From contig CATNEN010000029.1 of the NCBI GenBank assembly GCA_950097015.1, forward strand, positions 6,634,001-6,698,000: a DNA stretch of 64,000 bases, written 5' to 3'. The position numbers were made by a program, and so were the translations under genes. The notes below the pieces were generated by a model. It saw only the letters and a program-made list of their open reading frames with translations. It ran no database searches and was not told the origin of the DNA. The stretch is from Macrostomum hystrix. Lineage: Eukaryota > Animalia > Platyhelminthes. Below are positions 36,320 through 49,705 of the stretch, one piece after another; the stretch's first letter is position 1; every line of letters starts with the position of its first letter.

Positions 36320-38545
36320 ACCAATCGATTAGAAAATCACAATTGATTAGAAAACCCCAATCGATTAGAAAATCCCAATCGATTAGAAAACCCCAATCAG
36401 TTAGTAAATCCCAATCAATTAGAAAATCCCAAACGATTAGAAAATCCCAATCAGTTAGTAAATCCCGAATCGATTAGAAAATCCCAATCGATTAGAAAAT
36501 CCCAAACGATTAGAAAATCCCAATCAGTTAGTAAATCCCAATCGATTAGAAAATCCCAAACGATTAGAAAATCCCAATCAGTTAGTAAATCCCAATCAGT
36601 TAGAAAATCCCTATCGATTAGAAAATCCAAATCAATTAGAAAACCCCATAGATTAGAAAATCCCAATCGATTAGAAAATCCCAATCAATTAGAAAACCCT
36701 ATAGATAAGAAAATCCCAATCTATTGGAAAATCCCAATCAGTTAGAAAATCCCAATCATTTAGTAAATCCCAATCAGTTAGAAAATCCAAATCATTTAGT
36801 AAATCCTAATCAGTTAGAAAATCCCAATCGATTAGAAAATCCCAATCATTTAGTAAATCCCATTCAGTTAGAAAATCCCAATCATTTAGTAAATCCCAAT
36901 CAGTTAGAAAATCCCAATCGATTAGAAAATACCAATCGATTAGAAAACCCCATAGATTAGAAAATCCCACTCTATTGGAAAATCCCAATCAGTTAGAAAA
37001 TCCCAATAGATTAGAAAATCCCAATCAGTTAGAACATCCCAATCAGTTAGAACACCCCAATCAGTTAGAAAATCCCAATCAGTTAGAAAATCCCAATCGA
37101 TTAGAAAACCCCAATCAGTTAGAAAATCCCAATCAATTAGAAAACCCCATAGATTAGAAAATCCCAATCGATTAGAAAATCCCAAACGATTAGAAAATCC
37201 CAATCAGTTAGTAAATCCCAATCAGTTAGAAAATCCCAATCGATTAGAAAATCCCAATCAATTAGAAAATCCCAATCAGTTAGAAAATTCCCAATCGATT
37301 AGAAAACCCCAATCAGTTAGAAAATCCCAATCAATTAGAAAACCCTATAGATTAGAAAATCCCAATCTATTGGAAAATCCCAATCAGTTAGAAAATCCCA
37401 ATCATTTAGTAAATCCCAATCAGTTAGAAAATCCCAATCATTTAGTAAATCCCATTCAGTTAGAAAATCCCAATCAGTTAGAAAATCCCAATCAGTTAGA
37501 AAATCCCAATCATTTAGTAAATCCCATTCAGTTAGAAAATCCCAATCAGTTAGAAAATCCCAATCAGTTAGAAAATCCCAATCGATTAGAAAATACCAAT
37601 CGATTAGAAAACCCCATAGATTAGAAAATCCCAATCGATTAGAAAATCCCAATCGATTAGAAAATCCCAATCAATTAGAAAACCCTATAGATTAGAAAAT
37701 CCCAATCTATTGGAAAATCCCAATCAGTTAGAAAATCCCAATCATTTAGTAAATCCCAATCAGTTAGAAAATCCAAATCATTTAGTAAATCCCAATCAGT
37801 TAGAAAATCCCAATCGATTAGAAAATCCCAATCAGTTAGTAAATCCCAATCAGTTAGAAAATCCAAATCATTTAGTAAATCCCAATCAGTTAGAAAATCC
37901 CAATCGATTAGAAAATCCCAATCAGTTAGAAAATCCCAATCATTTAGTAAATCCCATTCAGTTAGAAAATCCCAATCAGTTAGAAAATCCCAATCAGTTA
38001 GAAAATACCAATCGATTAGAAAACCCCATAGATTAGAAAATCCCAATCGATTAGAAAATCCCAATCAATTAGAAAACCCTATAGATTAGAAAATCCCAAT
38101 CTATTGGAAAATCCCAATCAGTTAGAAAATCCCAATAGATTAGAAAATCCCAATCAGTTAGAGCATCCCAATCAGTTAGAACACCCCAATCAGTTAGAAA
38201 ATCTCAATCAGTTAGAAAATCCCAATCGATTAGAAAATCCCAATCAGTTAGAGCATCCCAATCAGTTAGAACACCCCAATCAGTTAGAAAATCCCAATCA
38301 GTTAGAAAATCCCAATCGATTAGAAAATCCCAATCAGTTAGAGCATCCCAATCAGTTAGAACACCCCAATCAGTTAGAAAATCCCAATCAGTTAGAAAAT
38401 CCCAATCAGTTAGAAAATCCCAATCGATTAGAAAATCCCAATCGATTAGAAAATCCCAATCAGTTAGAAAATCCCAATCAGTTAGAACATCCCAATCAGT
38501 TAGAAAATCCCAATCAGTTAGAAAATACCAATCGATTAGAAAATC
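36320..38545. repeat. 18-bp AATCCCAATC(AG/GA)TTAGAA array in Post2 intron 1
   Basis: About 2.2 kb tandem array with sub-repeat blocks. Confidence 0.95.
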
Positions 38546-39084
38546 TTTACATAAATCACCATATTTAGAAAAAAGTATCCCCATCGCTTAGAAGAACGTA
38601 AATAGAAAAGTCGCAAAATTGATTTTTATAATCCCGAAATTTTTAAAACTACCAAGTTTTGCCAGACTATAAAACAAAATAAATGGTTATATTAATGCTT
38701 CATCTTAACACATGTGACACCTTTTTAATATTTTTTTTCCATACCTTCGTCCATAAAACCATTTCAAAGTAGCGAAATGTAAAAGCAAAGGGGATTTCTG
38801 TGAAAAAAAGACGCACCTTTTCTTTCCTAATGGAACTAGAAATAGCTTTTAAGTGACAACTGTAAGTGGCACTTTTTACTTTAAGAGTTTAAAGGGCCGT
38901 TAGAATAGTTCGCTGAAATTCGCACAATTTTAGAGGTTAGCATCGATTTAAAGCAATAAAACTAGGCTAGATGAGTGATCACCTAATACGTCGGTGTTTT
39001 CTGAAACCAATAACTTCCTTACACTCGTCATCTGCCTAATTGCTGTGTTTTCGTGTATCTTGTTTCGCGACCTTGAATCTTCTA

Positions 39085-39560
39085 TCTCTGTCCCTCACTC
39101 TCTCTGTCCCTCACTCTCTCTGTCCCTCACTCTCTCTGTCCCTCACTCTCTCTGTCCCTCACTCTCTGTCTCTCACTCTCTCTGTCCCTCACTCTCTGTC
39201 TCTCACTCTCCGTCCCTCACTCTCTGTCCCTCACTCTCTCTGTCCCTCACTCTCTGTCCCTCACTCTCTGTCCTTCACTCTCTGTCCCTCACTCTCTCTG
39301 TCCCTCACTCTCTGTCCCTCACTCTCTGTCCCTCACTCTCTGTCCCTCACTCTCTCTGTCCCTCACTCTCTCTGTCCCTCACTAAGTGTCTCTCACTCTC
39401 TCTGTCCCTCACTTTCCGTCCCTCACTCTCTCTGTCCCTCACTCTCTGTCCCTCACTCTCTCTGTCCCTCACTCTCTGTCCTTCACTCTCTGTCCCTCAC
39501 TCTCTCTGTCCCTCACTCTCTGTCCCTCACTCTCTCTGTCCTTCACTCTCTCTGTCCCTT
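39085..39560. repeat. 14/16-bp CTCACTCTCTGTCC array in Post2 intron 1
   Basis: Starts about 10 nt inside the exon-1 donor. Confidence 0.95.
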
Positions 39561-39571
39561 GCGATGCTCAC

Positions 39572-39674
39572 CGCCTGCTGCCGAATCCGGGTCAGGCGAA
39601 GTCGTCCAGACGCGGCAGCATCATTTCGTGCGGCGACGGGAACAGATAGGAGCCACCGCCAACAGCGTTTCGAA

Positions 39675-39723
<49 letters not shown>

Positions 39724-40233
39724 TTGTTGTTGCTGCTGTTGCTGCTGTTGCTGATGATGCTGATGGTGCACGGCCGCAGCAGCCGCCGCGCCGTAGAAGT
39801 CGGTGGGCGAGTGAAGGCCGGGCCGTCCCGAGGCGAAGCCGTGCGGGAAGCCACCTCCTGTGGCCGCCATGTGGCTGAGGAGGCCCTGCGACTGCGCCGT
39901 CATGAAATCTGGCGGGCCGGGATAGGCGCATGGAATCGGCGAGGAGCACTTGCCGCCCGGGTGACCGCCGATGCCGCCACTGACTGGCGGGCTTCCATAG
40001 TGAACTCGCGGATCGTACGGCCACATGTTGGCCGCCGCCTGCAGGGCTCCGTAGCCGCAACCGCCGCCTCCGCCGCCGCCGCTGCTGCTTCCGTCGCTGT
40101 TCCGGCCATCCTGGCACATGACGGATGCCGCTGCGGCTGCTGACACGGCCGGCCCGGCGATGGCCGCGTACGGTGGAAGGCGCGAAACAGCGGATGGAAA
40201 CAATCCGCTACTGCTTGTCTCCATGGAAACCAT
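39572..40233 (-). CDS. Post2: Post2 posterior Hox gene, exon 1 (Ala/Gly/His-rich, ~26-Gln tract; apparent +1 frameshift near 39612)
   Basis: ATG at 40233. Donor GTGAGC at 39571. The phase-1 end reading ...VWTTSPDPDSAAG fits exon 2 (G+TT = Val), but the frame from the ATG hits TGA at 39594-39592, so one base must be removed to join them. Confidence 0.75.
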
Positions 40234-41109
40234 TTGTGCTGGCGTTGCTATGGCGTCGCTATGGCGTTATCAGTCTTCTGTTTAAAAAAGAATAGTTTTA
40301 AGAAGCGATTAAGCTAACATCTTTAATGATTTCTACGATTGAAAATGAAGCTCAAATTGATGAAGATTTTGCTTTGCTCAACCCAAAATTTCGCAATCCG
40401 AACGGCTCCACCCCACAAACCCTTTCGGCCCAATCAAAGCGAAGGATTTCGAAAAGCAAAGAAATTGGCTTCGAAAAAATGGGATTTCTACGAGAGTTTA
40501 TTGCAAGCCAGCTGTTCATCTGAGAGAGATAGAAAGTGAGCAGCCAGCAACCTCCCCTAAAATCCCTCCCACCTCCCCCGTTCTTTATTTCTCCCCCCCC
40601 CCATGAAAGTTTTTGATGCCTCCCAAGCGGGTTAAGCCGGGTTTGCGGCAGCCATAAAGTCGCAATTAATAATTGAGGAAAAGCCAATGCAGGCGGCCAG
40701 GGAGGCGGCGGTCGGAGCAATAAAAACAAACTTTTATCGTTTTTCAGTCAAACAAAAGAAGGCCTTCACCGGCCACTCAGTGAAGGTTAAAAAGAGAAAG
40801 GCTTTGAAAAAGATTCCCGCTGTGAGATAAAGCGTGGGGGGAGAAATTTGGGGGATCTTTTAGAGCATTGTATGAGGCCTGACCATCTGATGGGAGGTTT
40901 TCCATGTCTCACATGCCATGCACCGATGACCAGCCTAGAGCTGAGATGGCCTGATTGGCAAGTGAAAGCGCCCCGCTCACTTTGCTCAATCAGCTCAGCG
41001 CAGTTCAAGCACTCTGTGTTGTAATCATGCTGTAATTGGGGCTAAAATCATCTGCCAGCAAAGCTTATGAAGCCTTTTACTTATTACACTCCCCTGTGTT
41101 GTATCTCCC

Positions 41110-42140
41110 CTGAGAAGCCTCATCTCTCCCCTGTCTCATCTCTCCCCTGTCTCATCTCTCCCCTGTCTCATCTCTCCCCCTGTGTCATCTCTCCCCTGTC
41201 TCATCTCTCCCCTGTCCTCATCTCTCCCCTGTGTCTCATCTCTCCCCTGTGTCATCTCTCCCCTGCCTCATCTCTCCCATTGTCTCATCTCTCCCCTGTC
41301 TCATCTCTCCCCTGCCTCATCTCTCCCTGTCTCATCTCTCCCGTGTCTCATCTCTCCCCTGTCTCATCTCTCCCCTGCCTCATCTCTCCATTGTCTCATC
41401 TCTCCCCTGTCTCATCTCTCCCCTGTCTCATCTCTCCCTGTCTCATCTCTCCCCTGTCTCATCTCTCCCCTGTCTCATCTCTCCCCTGTCTCATCTCTCC
41501 CCTGTCTCATCTCTCCCCTGTCTCATCTCTCCCCTGTCTCATCTCTCCCCTGTCTCATCTCTCCCCTGTCTCATCTCTCCCCTGTCTCATCTCTCCCCTG
41601 TCTCATCTCTCCCCTGTCTCATCTCTCCCCTGTCTCATCTCTCCCCTGTCTCATCTCTCCCCTGTCTCATCTCTCCCCCTGTCTCATCTCTCCCCTGTCT
41701 CATCTCTCCCCTGTCTCATCTCTCCCCTGTCTCATCTCTCCCCTGTCTCATCTCTCCCCTGTCTCATCTCTCCCCTGTCTCATCTCTCCCCTGTCTCATC
41801 TCTCCCCTGTCTCATCTCTCCCCTGTCTCATCTCTCCCCTGTCTCATCTCTCCCCTGTCTCATCTCTCCCCTGTCTCATCTCTCCCCTGTCTCATCTCTC
41901 CCCTGACTTATCTCTCTCCTGTCTCATCTCTCACCTGTCTCATCTCTCCCCTGTCTCATCTCTCACGTGTCTCATCTCTCCCCTGTCTCATCTCTCTCCT
42001 GTCTCATCTCTCCCCTGTCTCATCTCTCCCCTGTCTCATCTCTCCCCTGTCTCATCTCTCCCCTGTCTCATCTCTCTCCTGTCTCATCTCTCCCCTGTCT
42101 CATCTCTCCCCTGTCTCATCTCTCCCCTGTCTCATCTCTC
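41110..42140. repeat. 16-bp CTCATCTCTCCCCTGT array
   Basis: Third, very homogeneous array of this family. Confidence 0.95.
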
Positions 42141-42754
42141 CTGTCTATTCGGCCCGCTGAAGTCATCATTGACTTCAATGTTGCCGACTCCTATACTCAG
42201 AAGAACTGCAGTAGGGCTTGCAGAGTAGTGAATGCAGACAACAACAATGGAGCGACAAGGGCTCTTTTATATATAGTAAGTTGTAAATTCACACCTTATT
42301 ATAGTCTAGTCACCAAGGCCCACGCGGTTTAGATAGGACAGCAATCTGAATTAGATTTCTGAAGGCTATTTGATTTTATTGCCTGGAATTGGTTTGACAG
42401 GGCCAGGCTTCCAACACTGGGGCCCAATATTATCAACGCCTTGTCATGATATTCAGGTGGGATATCCTCTCATGACGTTGGCAACTAGGCGCTGTAAATC
42501 AAGCACAATTTGCAGTGAAGTGGTTCGCAGTCTCCAATGGAGCGGTGAAAATCTACGGACGACTGAATGCCAAACGGGAGGCAAAAGATTGGCTTGGAGA
42601 CTAAAGACAAAAACGCCAGGTAGTCGTTAAACCAGCAAACACACTATTAGATCTGTCTATGCTAAAAAGAGAGAATAAATATGGAAACTATTTTAAAGCT
42701 TTCTGATCACCTACTATTGCTTTGATTTGCAACATAACCGGTTGCTAAAACAGG

Positions 42755-43205
42755 GGGAGCGGAGGGGAGCGGACAGGGAGCGGACAGGGAGCGGACAGGG
42801 AGCGGACAGGGAGCGGACAGGGAGCGGACAGGGAGCGGACAGGGAGCGGACAGGGAGCGGACAGGGAGCGGACAGGGAGCGGACAGGGAGCGGACAGGGA
42901 GCGGACAGGGAGCGGACAGGGAGCGGACAGGGAGCGGACAGGGAGCGGACAGGGAGCGGACGCGGAGGGAGCGAGAGGGAGCGGACAGGGAGCGGACCGG
43001 GAAGCGGACAGGGAGCGGACAGGGAGCGGACAGGGAGCGGACAGGGAGCGGACAAGGGAGCGGACAGGGAGCGGACAGGGAGCGGACAGGGAGCGGACAG
43101 GGAGCGGACAGGGAGCGGACAGGGAGTGGACAGGGAGCGGACAGGGAGCGGACAGGGAGCGGACAGGGAGCGGACAGGGAGCGGACAGGGAGCGGACAGG
43201 GAGCG
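42755..43205. repeat. 11-bp GGAGCGGACAG array
   Basis: Visible tandem array. Confidence 0.95.
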
Positions 43206-43789
43206 CAGCAAGTCAGTGCGTGTAAGAGCAGCTTGACAGGGCAAACGCGATTCGTTTGCCGCAAGTGTTCCCATTGTCAGCTGTTATCCCAGATTTCACA
43301 TAAACTCCATACATCTGGATACATCTGCATACTTCTCTCTTGGGATCATTTGGGGATAATTTCAAAATTGCAGAAGTTCTGGTCAGTTGATGCCGGAGTC
43401 TCGCCTAGATCCGACCCATCCACTTCTTGAATGATTTCTATATTTCCATATTATTTGCTCTCGTCTTAAATTTGGAGCAAATCTGCGTCATCCTTTGTTA
43501 TTTCCTGCAGCACTTCGTATGCAATTCCCCACGGGTAGATTGGAAGCACATTGGGTGGGACGATTGTAATGCTTGCGTCACTCGTACGCTTCACACTATG
43601 TAGTGACAGAATTTCCCCAAATCGACAAAATTCTCCCGAGAATCAAACGGAACTCGGATAAAGGAAATGTTGGAAACTATTTCTGCGGAGGTAATAAACT
43701 TATAAAAATTCTTGAATTCGAGCCTTGAATTCTTGAATTTAATGACTGCATGGATATCTATGAGATATCTATGAGGATATCTACGACAC

Positions 43790-44790
43790 ACATGAGAATG
43801 GGGATGAGACACACCTGAGAATGGGGAATGAGACACATCTGAGAATGAGGAAGAGACACACCTGAGAATGGGGATGAGACACACCTGAGAATGGGGATGA
43901 GACACATCTGAGAATGAGGAAGAGACACAACTGAGAATGGGGATGAGACATTCCTGAGAATGGGGATGAGACATTCCTGAAAATGGGGATGAGACACACC
44001 TGAGAATGGGGATAAGACACACCTGAGAATGAGGATGAGACACACTTGAGAATGGGGATGAGACACCTGAGAATGGGGATGAGACACACCTGAGAATGGG
44101 GATGAGACACACCTGAGAATTGGGATGAGACACCTGAGAATGGGGATGAGACACACCTGAGAATGGGGATGAGACACATCTGAGAATGAGGAAGAGACAC
44201 ACCTGAGAATGGGGATGAGACACACCTGAGAATGGGGATGAGACACATCTGAGAATGAGGAAGAGACACAACTGAGAATGGGGATGAGACACCTGAGAAT
44301 GGGGATGAGACACACCTGAGAATGGGGATGAGACACATCTGAGAATGAGGAAGAGACACACCTGAGAATGGGGATGAGACACACCTGAGAATGGGGATGA
44401 GACACACCTGAGAATGGGGATAAGACACACCTGAGAATGAGGATGAGACACACCTGAGAATGAGGATGAGACACACTTGAGAATGGGGATGAGACACCTG
44501 AGAATGGGGATGAGACACACCTGAGAATGGGGATGAGACACACCTGAGAATTGGGATGAGACACCTGAGAATGGGGATGAGACACACCTGAGAATGGGGA
44601 TGAGACACATCTGAGAATGAGGAAGAGACACACCTGAGAATGAGGAAGAGACACAACTGAGAATGGGGATAATACATTCCTGAGAATGGGGATGAGACAC
44701 GCCTGAGAATGGGGATAAGACACACCTGATAATGAGGATGAGACACACCTGAGAATGAGGATGAGACACACCTGATAATAGGGATGAGAG
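43790..44790. repeat. 23-bp GAGAATGGGGATGAGACACACCT array
   Basis: Visible tandem array. Confidence 0.95.
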
Positions 44791-45429
44791 ACACCTGAGA
44801 ATATAATATTAAGTGTTCGCTTTTCAGTCTGAAAGGTGAAGTTGTTTTCTTGAAATGTTTGGCATTTTTGGGGCCCGCGTAGGTTTTTGGCCGAATCATT
44901 TGTGTTTCCTTCGACCCGAGCGGCATTTGACTTCGAGAAGCCCGCCCTAGTTTTACGGTTTCCGACACTAACTGGACAACCGCCTCCAGTCTTAGCGGCA
45001 AAAAGGCCTCTTCTTTCTTTCTTTTTTTCCTAGTGCCACAGTCAGCTGCAGCAAAGCAGCAATAGTTTCTCCTTTCATGTCGACAGGAGATCCGCCAACA
45101 CCGCCCCTTGTTATACTCGTACCATAATGCAACTGCAGCTTTTTCCTTTCGTCTTCTGCTTCCACTAGCAAAAGGGGTGGGACCTGCTTTACGACTCTGA
45201 GAGCCGAAATAACAGCACAGTCTGGGGTTGGGATCGGGCGGCAATAAAGTTGATCAGTTCATGCTTGGTCTTCCAAGCTTCCAGTTCCTATCCACCTCAC
45301 ATTTTTTTCCTTTCTCTGTCGGAATTTCATTTTTTTCGCTATAGCTGTGATTAAGGATTTCAGATTTGACTATCATTCTGACTGTCAGACTGCCAAATAT
45401 CCGACCGCAGAACTGACCACTTCTGTGTG

Positions 45430-48400
45430 CCTACTTCTGTGTCTACTTCTCTCTCTTTGAGGTGTGTCGACTTCTCTCTCTTTGAGGTGTGTCGACTTCT
45501 CTCTCTTTGAGGTGTGTCTACTTCTCTCTCTTTGAGGTGTGTCTACTTCTCTCTCTTTGAGGTGTGTCTACTTCTCTCTCTTTGAGGTGTGTCTACTTCT
45601 CTCTCTTTGAGGTGTGTCTACTTCTCTCTCTTTGAGGTGTGTCTACTTCTCTCTCTTTGAGGTGTGTCTACTTCTCTCTCTTTGAGGTGTGCCTACTTCT
45701 CTCTCTTTGAGGTGTGTCTACTTCTCTCTCTTTGAGGTGTGTCTACTTCTCTCTCCTTGAGGTGTGTCTACTTCTCTCTCCTTGAGGTGTGTCTGCTTCT
45801 CTCTCTTTGAGGTGTGTCTACTTCTCTCTCCTTGAGGTGTGTCTACTTCTCTCTCTTTGAGGTGTGTCTACTTCTCTCTCTTTGAGGTGTGTCTACTTCT
45901 CTCTCTTTGAGGTGTGTCTGCTTCTCTCTCTTTGAGGTGTGTCTACTTCTCTCTCTTTGAGGTGTGTCTACTTCTCTCTCCTTGAGGTGTGTCTACTTCT
46001 CTCTCTTTGAGGTGTGTCTACTTCTCTCTCTTTGAGGTGTGTCTACTTCTCTCTCTTTGAGGTGTGTCTACTTCTCTCTCTTTGAGGTGTGTCTACTTCT
46101 CTCTCCTTGAGGTGTGTCTACTTCTCTCTCTTTGAGGTGTGTCTGCTTCTCTCTCTTTGAGGTGTGTCTACTTCTCTCTTTGAGGTGTGTCTGCTTCTCT
46201 CTCTTTGAGGTGTGTCTACTTCTCTCTCTTTGAGGTGTGTCTGCTTCTCTCTCTTTGAGGTGTGTCTACTTCTCTCTCTTTGAGGTGTGTCTACTTCTCT
46301 CTCTTTGAGGTGTGTCTACTTCTCTCTCTTTGAGGTGTGTCTACTTCTCTCTCTTTGAGGTGTGTCTACTTCAATATCTATGAGGTGTGTCTACTTCTCT
46401 CTCTTTGAGGTGTGTCTACTTCTCTCTCTTTGAGGTGTGTCTACTTCTCTCTCTTTGAGGTGTGTCTACTTCTCTCTCTTTGAGGTGTGTCTACTTCTCT
46501 CTCTTTGAGGTGTGTCTACTTCTCTCTCTTTGAGGTGTGTCTACTTCTCTCTCTTTGAGGTGTGTCTACTTCTCTCTCTTTGAGGTGTGTCTACTTCTCT
46601 CTCTTTGAGGTGTGTCTACTTCTCTCTCTTTGAGGTGTGTCTACTTCTCTCTCTTTGAGGTGTGCCTACTTCTCTCTCTTTGAGGTGTGTCTACTTCAAT
46701 ATCTATGAGGTGTGTCTACTTCAATATCTTTGAGGTGTGTCTACTTCTCTCTCTTTGAGGTGTGTCTACTTCTCTCTCTTTGAGGTGTGCCTACTTCTCT
46801 CTCTTTGAGGTGTGTCTACTTCTCTCTCTTTGAGGTGTGCCTACTTCTCTCTCTTTGAGGTGTGTCTACTTCTCTCTCTTTGAGGTGTGTCGACTTCTCT
46901 CTCTTTGAGGTGTGTCTACTTCTCTCTCTTTGAGGTGTGTCTACTTCTCTCTCTTTGAGGTGTGTCTACTTCTCTCTCTTTGAGGTGTGTCTACTTCTCT
47001 CTCTTTGAGGTGTGTCTACTTCTCTCTCTTTGAGGTGTGTCTACTTCTCTCTCTTTGAGGTGTGTCTACTTCTCTCTCTTTGAGGTGTGTCTACTTCAAT
47101 CTCTCTTTGAGGTGTGTCTACTTCATCTCTCTTGAGGTGTGTCTACTTCTCTCTCTTTGAGGTGTGTCTACTTCTCTCTCTTTGAGGTGTGTCCTACTTC
47201 TCTCTCTTTGAGGTGTGTCTACTTCTCTCTCTTTGAGGTGTGTCTACTTCTCTCTCTTTGAGGTGTGTCTACTTCATCTCTCTTGAGGTGTGTCTACTTC
47301 TCTCTCTTTGAGGTGTGTCTACTTCTCTCTCTTTGAGGTGTGTCTACTTCTCTCTCTTTGAGGTGTGTCCTACTTCTCTCTCTTTGAGGTGTGTCTACTT
47401 CTCTCTCTTTGAGGTGTGTCTACTTCTCTCTCTTTGAGGTGTGTCTACTTCTCTCTCTTTGAGGTGTGTCTACTTCTCTCTCTTTGAGGTGTGTCTACTT
47501 CTCTCTCTTTGAGGTGTGTCTACTTCTCTCTCTTTGAGGTGTGTCTACTTCTCTCTCTTTGAGGTGTGTCTACTTCTCTCTCTTTGAGGTGTGTCTACTT
47601 CTCTCTCTTTGAGGTGTGTCTACTTCAATATCTATTGAGGTGTGTCTACTTCTCTCTCTTTGAGGTGTGTCTACTTCTCTCTCTTTGAGGTGTGTCTACT
47701 TCTCTCTCTTTGAGGTGTGTCCTACTTCTCTCTCTTTGAGGTGTGTCTACTTCTCTCTCTTTGAGGTGTGTCTACTTCTCTCTCTTTGAGGTGTGTCTAC
47801 TTCTCTCTCTTTGAGGTGTGTCTACTTCTCTCTCTTTGAGGTGTGCCTACTTCTCTCTCTTTGAGGTGTGTCTACTTCTCTCTCTTTGAGGTGTGTCTAC
47901 TTCTCTCTCTTTGAGGTGTGTCTACTTCTCTCTCTTTGAGGTGTGTCTACTTCTCTCTCTTTGAGGTGTGTCTACTTCAATATCTTTGAGGTGTGTCTAC
48001 TTCTCTCTCTTTGAGGTGTGTCTACTTCTCTCTCTTTGAGGTGTGTCTACTTCTCTCTCTTTGAGGTGTGTCTACTTCTCTCTCTTTGAGGTGTGTCTAC
48101 TTCAATATCTATGAGGTGTGTCTACTTCTCTCTCTTTGAGGTGTGTCTACTTCTCTCTCTTTGAGGTGTGTCTACTTCTCTCTCTTTGAGGTGTGCCTAC
48201 TTCTCTCTCTTTGAGGTGTGTCTACTTCTCTCTCTTTGAGGTGTGCCTACTTCTCTCTCTTTGAGGTGTGTCTACTTCTCTCTCTTTGAGGTGTGTCTAC
48301 TTCTCTCTCTTTGAGGTGTGCCTACTTCTCTCTCTTTGAGGTGTGTCTACTTCTCTCTCTTTGAGGTGTGTCTACTTCTCTCTCTTTGAGGTGTGTCTAC

Positions 48401-48555
48401 TTCTCTCTCTTTGAGGTGTGTCTACTTCTCTCTCTTTGAGGTGTGTCTACTTCAATATCTTTGAGGTGTGTCTACTTCTCTCTCTTTGAGGTGTGTCTGC
48501 TTCTCTCTCTTTGAGGTGTGTCTACTTCTCTCTCTTTGAGGTGTGTCTACTTCAC
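45430..48555. repeat. 25-bp CTTCTCTCTCTTTGAGGTGTGTCTA array (~3.1 kb)
   Basis: Very homogeneous, with a recurrent CTTCAATATCT variant unit. Confidence 0.95.
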
Positions 48556-49324
48556 TTTTTATATTTAATTGTGAGAAGAAGACATTTTGCGACTTTCATT
48601 TTAAATGGTTGTCTGTTTAAAAGAGCGAATACACGAATTTAAATTTGAGCCTTAAAATAAACAAAGCTGCCAGTTGGACTTACCCAGCGACAATTACGCA
48701 CACATTTTGTGTATTCTCTACCAGAATTAGCTGGCGGGCATAAACTGTAAATACGTTAACATAACGTAAATACGTTTAAGTTAAACAAAAGAATGCAAAA
48801 TGATTGCACTTGCATTGATTTGTTTCATCGGCAGCTGACGCTGTTTAACTGCGTCAGTAACATTGGGAGGCCGTGTGGAGTAGGGTGCTTGGTGTGAAGC
48901 TAGAGCCAATACCAGCGTACAGACCTTCTCGACGGACACAGAGAAGTTGGGAGGGCAGTTGTAGACAATATGAGCAAAAGCCCTTTGATCTTTGCCGCCA
49001 TAGACCCCACCACCTCCCCAAACAAGCAGCCCCTCGCTTGTTAGCCGCAGCAAAAGCGCAAGTGTAAAATCTGCCTGCCTGCCTCGCCTAGTGGTGTGCC
49101 TTGGTGCTGAAAAACTTTATTCCTCCCCTATAAATATATCCCTAATCAGCGAGAGCTGCATAGAATCCTGAAACTATGTTTCCTTTTTAAAGGTATAGGG
49201 AAGAAAGAGCTTCAGCAGCAGCTGTGTTAACTATTTTATTAGAGTGGGTGAGCAGTGAGCATACTTTATGGTACGCGTAGATTAAAAAGTACACAATGAC
49301 TGGAAGAAAACAAATTAGAGTTCG

Positions 49325-49705
49325 TTTCAGGAGAAATCTAATTTCGGGAGAAATCTAATTTCGGGAGAAATCTAATTTCGGGAGAAATCTAATTTCGGGA
49401 GAAATCTAATTTCGGGAGAAATCTAATTTCGGGAGAAATCTAATTTCGGGAGAAATTTAATTTCGGGAGAAATTTAATTTCGGGAGAAATCTAATTTCGG
49501 GAGAAATCTAATTTCGGGAGAAATCTAATTTCGGGAGAAATCTAATTTCGGGAGAAATCTAATTTCGGGAGAAATCTAATTTCGGGAGAAATCTAATTTC
49601 GGGAGAAATCTAATTTCGCGGGAGAAATCTAATTTCGGGAGAAATCTAATTTCGGGAGAAATCTAATTTCGGGAGAAATCTAATTTCGGGAGAAATCTAA
49701 TTTCG
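49325..49705. repeat. 17-bp GGGAGAAATCTAATTTC array
   Basis: About 22 near-perfect units. Confidence 0.95.

Noticed and set aside
39527-40117. Alternative 196-aa frame as Post2 exon 1
   Set aside because: Ends in phase 0 at the donor while exon 2 needs phase 1; Arg-rich shadow frame lacking the Trp motif in the right position.
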